64,000 nt of DNA, taken from Mobula hypostoma (Eukaryota). Location: contig NC_086118.1 in NCBI RefSeq assembly GCF_963921235.1, forward strand, positions 19,904,001 to 19,968,000, written 5' to 3'. Below, in pieces: positions 23,821 through 35,424 of the stretch (position 1 is its first letter; the number at the start of each line of letters is the position of its first letter). Made by a program: the position numbers and the translations under genes. The notes under the pieces were generated by a model that was given only the letters and a program-made list of their open reading frames with translations, was not told where the DNA came from and searched no databases.

Positions 23821-26604
23821 CTCCCTTATGTATTTAATATTTCAGTAACATTTGAGTAACCTTGTATTTATATTGGTTGATTAAGTATTCTTGATCATTT
23901 AAATAATTTACTGCAGGTCATATGTAGAAATAAATAACTTGTATACGTCATCATGCTACAACATGATACATGGGCAACTTGCTTAAAGTAAACATGAAGT
24001 TAAACTCCCATTTTGGACTCCTGTGTCTTTCTTTGAGTTTGTTTAATGTTTCAAAGTTACAAAACAGAACAATGGTGACAGGTATTTTAAAACAAATCTG
24101 AGACAGCTAGCAACCTGTGAAATGCAGCGAGATATTCGAACTAAAAAAAAAATGCAGGCAAGTGAAAATTGCTGCCCAGCACATGCAGAGACAGTCGAGT
24201 GAAAAAAAGGGAAGCAAACAGAAGAATTCATGGGTTCATAGTGAGAACCAGATGATAATAATCTTAAAAAAATAGAGTTGAAATTGCTGGCTACATTGGA
24301 AAGATTGACGTGTTTGATTGCACAACAGATAACAGGCTCATGTATACTGAACTCATTGAACAGAATTTTGAAGGAAATAAAATAGTCAATGAGAAATGAG
24401 CACTAATTTTGTTGAGTGCTTTGGGTTTAAAGGCAAACAGTTTGCTTCAAAGTTTAACTGCTCCAACTAAGCCATCCGAAATTAGCTTTGCTGATATTGT
24501 GAAAGTGCTGCAGGAATAGTTAGAACTGAATCCATTGTTGATTGTAGAACACTTTAGGTTTCAGAAGCAGAATCAAAAAGAAGTGAAGTCCATTTCTACG
24601 TATGTGGCTGAATTGAAGAGATTATCTGACCATTGTCAGCTTAGAACTGGGCTTAATGATGTGCGAGGGGTTGTTTCGTTTGTGGAATCTTACAAGAAAG
24701 CATTCAAAAAAGGCTGCTAACTGAAGCAGAGCTTTCACATAAAAGAGCAGTTAAAATTGCTGTATTAATGGAAACTGCAGACAGATGCAATTGAGTTGCG
24801 GTCAAGAATGAAAGTGAATGTGAGCAAAATTGTTGCATCTAGATGGAAACCTGCCTGGCTGAACAAATTGTGTAACCATTGTTGCACAGGGTCACATACA
24901 CCAGGACTTGAATGGGAGAGAGTTTACCCTCATTACTGATCATCAATCACTAGTGTCCAGGTAGGTGATACACTAACAGCAGCAGCACAAATGCAGAGAT
25001 GGGTTCTGTTGCAGGGCACAATTACAATATTGAATTCAAGAGCACAACTAATCATGGAAATGCTGATTTATTGTCCCGTTTACCCTTAGAAAAAGAAATA
25101 CCAGAAAAAATTATGAAAAAAGCAGCTGCTTTTAATGTATTCTCCTGAATGCAAATCGAATGTCTTCTTTTTATGGTAGAGATGCTCCAAAGGGAAACCA
25201 GAAAAGATCTCACACTGTCTCAGGTCTACATGGATGCCCTAAAAGGCTGGAATGTGCAGCAGCAACTCCACTTCCCCCATTTTTACCAACACAAGGTAAA
25301 CTTGCCTTTGACAGAAGTTGTCTTATGTGGGGATTGAGAGCAGTTCTACCAACTAAGATGAGAGATAAAGTATTGGAGGAGCTACATGTCGGTCATCTAG
25401 TGTGATTAAAGTTACTGCATTGGCTCAAGGCTCTGTCTTTAGGTAGATCAGCAGATCAAGCAGCTTGCCATGCACTGTATGGCATGCCATCATGTCCAGA
25501 AGATGCCAAATGCAGTGCCTCGCTATCCCTGGGAATGGCCTACATTGCCCTAGCAGAGGCTTCATGTGGATTTTTCCGGACCGTTCATGTGCACAAACTC
25601 CTTGGTAGTTGTGGATGCAGCTTCAAAATGGCCAGCAGTGTTCCCAATAGCCTCCACTACAGCCTCTCACACTGCTGATGTGTTGAGAAGACTCTTCGCA
25701 AGGACTGGTGTCCAGTCAGTGACAATGGAGCACAGCTTGTGGGGGAGCAGTTCAGTCATTCCTAAAAATGAATGGAATAAGACATAATACAACTGCACTG
25801 TACCACCCAGCTACACCTTTCTTGGCAGAAAAGTTTGTCCAGAGTCTAACGAACACATTGAAAGCAATGTCAGCATAGCACACTTCACTAGCACTGAACC
25901 AGAAGCTCACCAATTTCCTCCTTGCATACTATAACGCAGTACAGTCCACAAGCAACAACTCACCAGCCATGCTGTTCCATGCATTTGTGCTTGGATCTCC
26001 TCAAACCCAATCTCAGAAGGAGTATGCAGAACAAACAGCTGAGACAATTTGAAGGCTCCTCAAACAAGGAGCTTCAATGTTTCTCTCCTGGAGAAGCAAT
26101 CCTAATGAGGGACTACAGAGGTGACCAAAAGAGAGTAGTCGGAAAGATTAAGGACTGAACTGGACCACTCTCGTACACACTGGAGATTGCATCTGATATC
26201 ATCTGGAGGTGACACATTGATCAGTTGAGGACAGCAGAGTCAACTGTTGGAGAATAAAGGTAGCTACCACTGTCAGAACAACTTGCTGCAGTCCCAGAGT
26301 CAACTCCTACGCACAACGACAGAAGATGCTCCAGAACGTGAGGTTGTTTCACAGACACAAGTCTCACCTGCCTAGCAGAGTGACCACCCCATCCCCATCA
26401 AGAGAGATGTTATCCCACAAGGGTAAAATATTCTCGACAACAATTAAATCTTTACACCCAAATAGGACAACTTAAAATGTATTTATGCTGTGGATGTCAG
26501 TATGGTAGATGTATTATAAAAAATACTGTGTATATAGTTGAGATTAATCCTCTATTGAATTGTAGTTTTTTAGCTAAGCAGCAAGGAGTGTTGTGTATTT
26601 AATA

Positions 26605-27196
26605 GTAGGCAGCCATCAATTGCAGGGGATCATGTGCTTGTGCCTCTGGTGGACTGTGTCCTCTTCAGGACACAAGCCTGGGCAGGAAGGTTTGAAGAAC
26701 CGGCTGTTACCCATGCAGCAGGCTTGCCCTCTCCACGTCACTGATGTAGTCCAAGGGAAGAGCAAGTGATTGGCACCAATGTCGTCACAGAGGTTGCCAG
26801 AATGAAGTTGAAAACAACATCAAACTGCCTTAGGGACGCCAGCTCCAGAATACTTCCTCAGGGTTTACTCCCAAAGCCTTTCCCATGGGTGGGTATGACT
26901 GCAAAGCAGCGGAGGTTTAAAATCAGAGTTTTCCTTCTCCTAGGCGGGCTGCCATCTAAGGCGGACAAACCACATTTGCCCGAAGCAACTGGCTTGAAGG
27001 TGCCAGTCATCTGCCTTTGCCCTTTCTCTTGTCAGTAGAAACAGTTCCACCGGGCCTGGTAGGTAAGCCACACATGAAGGCCAAGAGTTGGACTTGGTTG
27101 TCAGAGGCTGTTAGAGACGCACACCATTTGGAGCACTTTATAGGTAGTGGGAGCTTATCCCCACTACCACCCCCAGCTATAACAGCCTTGCGAACC
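26605..27196 (-). mobile_element. RTE-type non-autonomous retroposon (about 590 bp) inserted in the 3' LTR
   Basis: The LTR sequence resumes after it; TGTATTT occurs on both sides; structured 5' end; RTE assignment is by resemblance only. Confidence 0.6.
27026..27196 (-). ncRNA. Candidate HDV-like self-cleaving ribozyme
   Basis: P1 GGTTC/GAACT, P2 CTCTTG/CAAGAG, P3 GCC/GGT, L3 starting TTCATG, J4/2 CTGA; detailed in findings. Confidence 0.55.
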
Positions 27197-27969
27197 TGTA
27201 TTTCAGTGATTTCAGTAATATTTGAGTAATCTTCTATTGGTTGGTTAAGCATTCTTGTACATTTAAATAATTCACTACAGGTTATATATATAAATTGCAT
27301 ACATCATCAAGATACTACATGATACATGAGCGCCTTGCTGAAAATAAACACAAAGTTACACTTACATTTCAGGCTCCCATGTCTTCCTTTGAATTAGTTT
27401 AGTATTTTGAAGTTACAAAACATAACACCTCTCTAATTCTGTACCACTCTAACGAAGGCAGCTCTGCTTAAGCCTAGCCTTTCTTTCTTGGCCTTTATTT
27501 ATAAAGCATTGATATTCTTTTGGTTTGCTTCCTTTTGCAAACTAAAATACCAAGAAGCCAACAATTGTATTCATTGTAAAAGGCTATAAAATCTAATTAA
27601 AAAGTAAAAAGTATGTCATAAACACAATCCTCTCTTTGCCCAACCAGGAGCTGGTGGTAGGCCTTATTTTAACATCACAAGGTTAATTTTTGCAGTACAT
27701 AAATGGGAAACATTTCACATTTCAAAGTTAAAAAGTATGCAAATCGTCAAAACATAAAATCCTGGAAATGATCTACAGCCAGGCACCCATTGTGGAAAGG
27801 GAGGCAGAGTCAATGAACTTATTTCAGAATCTATTCTTATTTATTATTTAATACATTAAATACTTAAAATATAATAAAGTACAATTATTGAAATGAGATT
27901 TTTCAGATAAAAAATAAAAAGGTTTGCAAAACTCAGCAGGAAATTGACTTGAAATGTTAACTCCATATA

Positions 27970-28256
27970 TGGATGTCAGGGTAGCATAGCAGTTAGCATG
28001 ATGCTATTGCAGTTCAGAGTTCAGAGTTCAATCCCAGCATCCTCCGTAAGATGCCTCTATATGTCCTCCCTGCAGAATGCCTGAGTTTTCTCTGGTGCTC
28101 TGGCTTCCTAACACAGTCTAAAGACATATCAGATATGGTTAATTGGCCATTGTAAATAGTCCTGTGACTAGGGTTAAATTGGGGTTGTTGGGAGTTGCCG
28201 GGTGGAGCCATAACGGAAGATTCCATGCTGCATCTCTAAATAAAAAATAAATAAAA
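27970..28256 (+). mobile_element. tRNA-derived V-SINE-like element
   Basis: A-box-like TAGCATAGCAGT, B-box-like GAGTTCAATCC, V-domain-like TCTGGTGCTCTGGCTTCCT..CACAGTCTAAAGAC, (TAAA)n tail. Confidence 0.7.
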
Positions 28257-28439
28257 ATCTCACTTCATAGTTGCAGAGTATTTCTAGCATTTTCTGTATT
28301 TATTCCAGATTTTCAGTATCTTACTCAATTATTCAATGTCATTGTCCTATTCTCCTAAATCTGCAAGAATAATGATAATCATTAAATATTGTCTTCTGAT
28401 TACAAAATAAAATGTTGACAGTATTACTCGCCACGTTTT

Positions 28440-29015
28440 TATAAGAGAAATGGTGCTGTAATTCACAGACATTAGCAAGAGAAGAATATATATGCCCACA
28501 GTGCAGCAAAGGTTCACTAGAATGACACTATGATGGCAGCTCTATCATATGAGCAGAGATTAAGTAAGCCAGACCTCTATTCTCTTGGGTTTAGAGAATG
28601 ATAGGTGGCCTGTAGGAAACATAAAAAACTTAGAAGGCGGATAAGTGAAGGATTTTCCTTTGGCTTTGGAGTCTTGGATATAGTGATTAGAAACACTTTG
28701 TACCACACAGAATGAATGAATCCGGACAGTTCAGTTCTGGACTCAGTATGAAAATAAAAGGTTGGTCATTTCAGACTGAAATGAGGAGATACTTTGCTCT
28801 TAGGATGGTGACTCTTTGGAATTCCCTTCCACCAAGGGCCAAAAAGGCTCAGTCGTTGATTGCATTCAGAGACCAATGTATTTCTTCATCTTTAAGGAAT
28901 TGTGGCATAGGAGATGAGGGCAGGAAAACACTGAGGTGGAAAATCAGTCAAAATCATGCTGAATGGCACAGCAGACATGAAGGGCTGAATGGCATATTCC
29001 TGCTTCAGTATTTTT
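28440..29015 (+). mobile_element. Old CR1 3' fragment
   Basis: FQTEMRRYF..RMVTLWNSLP and CR1-type 3'UTR. Confidence 0.7.
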
Positions 29016-30129
29016 TGTGTAACTATAGCAATTGTGTCGATTGAAAATTTAGGATTCAATATCAGCTACATTATCCCTTTGTTTCAGTTTTTGATTTATT
29101 TCACCAGCAGTTCCGAGTACAGGATCCTAAAAGGATAAGAAGCCCATGACATATCTACATCTGATGAGACAAACATTTCACTTATGCTTCCACATTGGAA
29201 AACTACTTTATCATTTCCTGTCAGAGTCACCTTACGTACCAACATTCCTGTGCCTAGTGTGATTTCATGAATATACAATCAATCTATGTATATAAGCTAT
29301 CTAATATATGCTGTGTTTTCTTCAATTGTTGTGTTCTTTATCTTATTGTGGTTTTTCTGTGGATATTTTTCATGCTGCTTCAGATCCAGAGTAACAGTTA
29401 TTTTTGTTCTCCTTTACACTGGAAATAACATTAAGCAATCTTGAATCTTAAACTTTGACATCTTTTCTCGTTACCAGAATTATGTAAACAAAAAGGTAAA
29501 GACTGCCAGGAATTGAAACTAGTTCAGTCTTGGCTGCTAGCTGAGGAGGCCCATTCAATAAGATGACAAACATTCTGCCTTCAATATCCCAGACAGAAAC
29601 CAATGAAGGTTGTGATAACAGAAAGAAGAATTGGAATAGGCCTTATCAGGAGCAAAGAGAAATAGCCAAAAAAAAAACTAATCAAGGACTCTGTGACAAC
29701 AAAGATTCAACCAGAAAAATGAAAGCAAGTGATTGATGAACTGCAGAAAGCAGGACTTGAATAAAAGGTAACCTGCAAAGGTGCACAAAGTTAATGAAAA
29801 AGGTGCGAATTTAGGTTAAAATGTAATGCAGCAAGGAAGAAATTTAAAATGAGAAGCATTAAAAAGAATGAGCACTACCTAAGAGCCAGTGAAAGGGACT
29901 CCAAGTCAATGGGATAAGGTGGAAATACCGTTTGACACTTTAGTTACCCTTGAAACTCAAAGATTGCATCTGGAGCCTGTGTGAATATTCGCAAGAGGAA
30001 TTGTGCCAGATGCTATTTCGCTATTAATAACATCCGTGCAATAATTATCTGTCAAAAGAATTCAGAGCAAACCTATCATGGATCAATAGGTTTACAACTC
30101 TGATTTGAAGCCGGTACTGTCATTTTGAA

Positions 30130-31800
30130 CCATGACACTCCGTCACATGCTTTTCCTTAATAACCCTTCCTATGGTGTGCCAACTCAACATTCCAGGTGC
30201 AATCTAACCAGCATTTTGTCAAGTTGCAGCTTAACCTCCCAACTTTCATAATCTATGCCAGGGGCTCCCAGCCTGGGGTCCACAGACCTCTTGGTTAATG
30301 GTAGGGGTCCAATACATAAAAAAGGTTGGGAACCCCTGATCTATGCCCTAATCAATGGAAACAATCATGTAATATTTAAAGTGACAGTTGGTAAGGTCCT
30401 GATTAGTAAGGGTGTCAGAGGGTCTTTATAGAAGGCAGAGGAATGGGTTTGGGAGGGAAAATAAATCAGCCATAATTGAATGGCAGGGCAGCCTCAGTAG
30501 AGTGAATGGCCTAATTCTGCTCCTGTGTTCATTACCCTATCTACCTGTGTTGCTACTTCAAGGGAATGATGGACTCTTTTTATCAACATCCATTAGTAGC
30601 ATACAATTTACTATATATCTTCTATCCTTACTTGACATCTCAAAACACTTCTCAGGATTAAATCCCATCTGCCACTGCTCCACCCAGTTTTCCATCTGAT
30701 CTGTCTTGCTGCTTTCCTGCTGGAAACCGTTCCCACTTGCCTCTAAACTAACAATTCCCATGCCATCTGCAATTTTCTAATCATACCTTCTACCTTCAAC
30801 CTTCACATCAAAGTTGTTAATATCTATCACAAGCAAAGATCCTAGTGCTGATCCCTGTGGTAAACTTCCAATCAGAAAAGCATCCTCCACCATTATCCTC
30901 TGCCTTCTATTACAAAGCCTATTTAGTTTCCAAACTAACGCACACAAAATACTGGAGGAACTCAGCAGGCCATTTTCTATAGAAATGCCCTTTCAGCGAA
31001 ATGTCGACTGTACTCTTTTCCATGGCTGCTGCCTAGTCTTCTGAGTTCCTCCAGCATTTTCTGTGTGTTGCTTGGATATCCAGCATCTGCAGATTTTCTC
31101 ATGTTTGTTTCCATATTAGTTAGTTCACTTCGAATCTCATTTGCATCCACCTATTGGACCAGTCTACCATACAAAATCTTGTCAAATGTCTTACTAAATT
31201 CAATCTTAGTTACCTTCTCAAAAAATCAATCAAGTTAGTGAGGCAGGATTTATCCCACACAAAGGTATACTGGCTATTTCTGATCATCCTGCGTCTTATC
31301 AACTGTAGAAAAATCCTATCCCATAGAATTTTCTCCAGTAATTTCCCTAGCACTCATGTAGCTCTCCAACCTGTAGTCATGTGATTTACCTTTCTCTGCT
31401 TAATTAAATAAAAGAAAAACATGAGCTATTAACAACAAGAACACAACAATTTCTGTTAAAGCATCAGCTATCTTCTCCCGTGTTTCCATAGCAACCTAGC
31501 ATACGTCCTGAAGAAGGGTTTTGGCCCGAAACATAGTCAGTTTTATCTTTTCCATAGATGCTGCCTGGCCTGCAGAGTTTTACTATTTTGTATGTGTTAT
31601 TTTGGATGGATCTCCAGTATCTGCCGTTTTTGTGATATCATCCAGCCTTCCACCCCCTCCCTGTTAATACAAACATTCTCCAGACTATCAACATACCCCT
31701 CCCTAAACTCATTATGGTCCATATCCTTCACTTAGTGAACACAGAGGAGATGTATTTATTTATGGCTTTGCCCACATTCTCTGTTTCCTCTTTGGCCTTT
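30130..31800 (-). mobile_element. Old fragmented CR1 carrying several small insertions
   Basis: RT remnants such as WVEQWQMGFNPEKC. Confidence 0.6.
30259..30338. mobile_element. 80-bp hAT-type MITE
   Basis: TIRs CAGGGGCTCCCAGCCT and AGGTTGGGAACCCCTG (14/16 match); perfect 8-bp TSD ATCTATGC (30251-30258 and 30339-30346). Confidence 0.9.
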
Positions 31801-34800
31801 GAAGAGGTCATCTTGCCCCTGCTACCCTTTGCTCCACATATACTTATCCAATGTTTGGACGTGAAGTTACTAGTGGACGTTGGAGTCCACTGTTGCACAG
31901 GAGAGATCTCTTAGGCATCAAGGACATTGGTTTAGTTTGATAATACTCTGCTCCATCAGATTTTGTGTTGGAGGAACACTTTCATAGCTTGCATCAAGAG
32001 CGATCAACCAGATCTTTAGCCAATGTGCCTTGTCACTCAATTAACCACCATGCATTTTGTCACCAAAATGCATCTGAGAAAATGGGTTCATTAGGCAACA
32101 TGATATAGCTCTGCCTAGTCCAAAGCTCATGGCCATGCATTGCCCTACTTTAAACACATGTAGAGAAACTTTGAGCACCAGTTTGTATTGTGTGTGTTGC
32201 TCCGAGACATTGCCGTAACAAGACAGTGGAGTTCAATTGAGGAAATTGCCTTGAATAAAGAATGCTGTGTTTACAACTTTGCTGCAATTTATTTGATTAC
32301 ATGAGCAGTAACATAAAGAATCCAACAGATAGCATGGAGTGAAATCACTTCTAAGTCCATTACTAGATGGAGATGGCGTACAGTGACCAATAAATTGCGA
32401 CTAATTACATTCTAACTGGAGTGCAATATAAGTGAAGCTGTAGTCTTTCTCCCACATTCGATTTTTGCAAGAGAGAATGAAGTAGAGTAAGAGATCTTTG
32501 AAAAACAAACTCAGCAAACTCCCTTACAGTAAAGTGGACATCAAACTGTGAAATGTAGCTGATACCTTAAACTCAAACTGCAGAGAAGGCAGGCACATAA
32601 AAGCTTATCGCCATGAATAGCCAATAGCTAGTCAGCCTGAAACTGCAGATGGTGGCAAATTTCAATGATATCCTTCCTGAAGTGCAGGCAGTAGCAAATT
32701 GTTCACAGCTGAGCTGAGTGAATTGTTTCACGTATATCTCACACCCTTGCTGAAAGCCCTTTCTCCAGCCCATTCCTCCTCCACTACCCTCTTGCAGCAT
32801 CTTGTTCTCCTCAGTACCTTATTTGCATTTTCCCAGTCAAAGAACACAGGAAGGAAAATTTGTACTCATGCATCAATCCATGAGGACAACTAATTTGCAA
32901 AATTAGTCAATAAAACATCCTTCAGTGCTTGGTATGCATCTCTTGATAATGTTCACAGCTTAAAGTTATTGTGGAATGTTCCTGTTATATAGAGCAGGTC
33001 ACTGAATTATTCCATCCCAAAACCAGAGATGGACAGATCAGAAGGCTGAGTTGATACTGCTGTCTTCCTCACAGTGGAAGTTGCCAGTAGCTGCATGCAT
33101 TTTGCTGTGTGAAATCAATTGCTACAAGCAACATAAACCAATCTGCAATGCGGCCAGAAACAGATGACAGAACTTTAAATCGGATTCAGAATCAAGCTTA
33201 TTATCACTGTCTTATATGACACGAAATGTGTTGTCTTGCAGCAGCAACAGTGTGCTTTAACATTGGTGGAGGCTCCTTCAGCTGGTGAATATATGCTCAG
33301 CCCCCCAGATTGAAAGAAGGTGTTAATTACAGCACTGGATCCAAAAATAGCATGACTGGCATCAAAAATGTTTGCACACTAATCCTCGCAATAATGTTTC
33401 TCACTGCAAACTGTTGCCCTAATGTTCTCATCTATCTATCCATGAGCTGGTCTGCCCCACATTTTGGGTGGTAGTTCCGGGAGTAGATGCCTGAATTTAC
33501 CTTTGCTTCCGTTCGCAATGTGGTTGGAGCAGAGGTCTGGCTCATTAATTGCTAAGTCAGCCATCTTCTGACTGCCTGCTTGCCATTGCTGAGAACTAGA
33601 ACGTCCTCTATTTCGTATGAGAAGGAACACTTCCAATGCCTTCACCAGTCCGGTTTCACTGAGGTTTCCTGGCATAACAGGATTGCTGATTAATGGGAGG
33701 CCTCAAGATGACTTCTTCCTCAGCCATTTTCAAAGTAGCTGGCAGAGTCTGGTGTGAAGTGGGGCAAGTGAATTTTGTAAGCCCACAAAATTGGTAGCTC
33801 AAGATATAAGCCAACAAGATGAGGTGGCAACCAATTAAATGAAGATGCAACTTAGCACTACTTTTATTTATATTGTTCAAACACTACCTCTTTCTTAGAC
33901 AATTGACACTGAAACTCCAGTGATGATTCTTAGCCACCTCCTTTTCCAAAAAGAAACACGGATGACAGACATAATTCAGAGTTACCATGGTGTTTATCAG
34001 TAAAGCAAGAGAAGCTAATGTTATTGGCAAGTGCAAGGGTGGCCCATATCAGCACAAGCCAATGATTAGCAACTTTAAAGTGAGTAATGAAGAAGAGTAG
34101 GTACAGACAATCCAGTCCAATGTGATCCTCAGCATAATTCATCCACAAATGAGTATTGATATCATCTGGCTGCTTTAAGGATTCTTGAAACGTTCACAAA
34201 ATAGGGTTACTGATTCAAATTTCACAGCAATCAACACACTCCACTGAATCTTCACAGCCTATTTCTTCTCATTTTCTCCAGAATAACAATTTTTTCACTA
34301 TTTTTTCAGGGTAGTTCAGAGAATTTGTTCTATTGTTCCAGTAATTGATTGATGAAAAAACAGGATCCTTTTCTAATGTCCAATTATCAACAGTGTAAAA
34401 ACTCTTTCATCATGAAAGAGTTTATGAGGAATATTTGTAGATGTCTGTGATGCAGGATCAGTGCAGTTCTCGAGGGTGAAAATCATTTAATTAGCAAGTA
34501 GAGATATCAATCTATATGTTTCCAGTTTACCTTTATGCAACCTGTTCGAATTAACTGCAGAGACTCGAATGAAATCCGAATGAAGCGTCTCTTCTTCTCT
34601 TTTGTAGTGAAGCTATATTGATCAATGTTTCTCTTTTAACCTTTCTTCTCATAAACAGATCATTTGCGTCATGTCCCTGCACACCTCCTCACTTCATATA
34701 CAGTTTGTGGTAATTTCATCTTCTTTTAATTCATCACTTTAGTTACAAAAAAGACTTCCATTCCAATGTGCCAACTTAGATTGTTTATAACATTTTCCTG

Positions 34801-35285
34801 AATTGTGCAATATTTTTATGTGGTAGTTCATTTAAACTAATTCAATATGATAGAAAACCTTTTGACAATATTCCATGAGGAATCATTTTACTTCAATTTT
34901 GGATAAACAAGTATTGGAAATAGTTCTTAGGTTTATACTGGAGAAGTTTGTGAGGGAGAGGTATGTAAACACAAAACACTCTGCAGATGCTGGGGTCAAA
35001 GCAACACTCACAACAAGGTTTCCGGCCTGAAACGTTGACTGATCGTTTCCACGGATGCTGCCCGACCTGCTAAGTTCCTCCAGCCTGTTGTGAGGGACAG
35101 ATGACTGAAGCACACAATTTTGAGGAAACGGGTGATTCAGTCCTCAGACAGATAAGGGTGTTACAGTGACGCAGCTGGAACTCACAGGTTCAGTGATCTA
35201 GTTCAACCCCACTCTCGTGCACTGTCTATATGTCCACTTTGTAGCAGCATCCACATCCCGAAGGCCTGATAGTTCAATTGGTTAC

Positions 35286-35370
35286 TGTTGTGTCTGTATA
35301 ACTTCATATCAATTAAAGTAAAAGCACACACATGGGATAGGTGGTTACCTGGTGTATTCACATTGCAGTA

Positions 35371-35424
<54 letters not shown>

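Larger units (their letters stand above)
23825..27427 (+). mobile_element. Decayed Gypsy LTR element lacking PR and RT
   Basis: LTRs at about 23825-24071 and 26589-27427 (interrupted); TGGTGAC PBS; gag (HFRFQKQNQ..YVAELKRLSDHC), RNase H (FTLITDHQ), integrase (HVDFSGPF, VVVDAASKWP); flanks CCTCC/CCTCT. Confidence 0.85.

Noticed and set aside
33450..33770. Short inverted match TGCCCCAC..GTGGGGCA as a MITE
   Set aside because: Only about 8-10 bp match and no TSD is visible.
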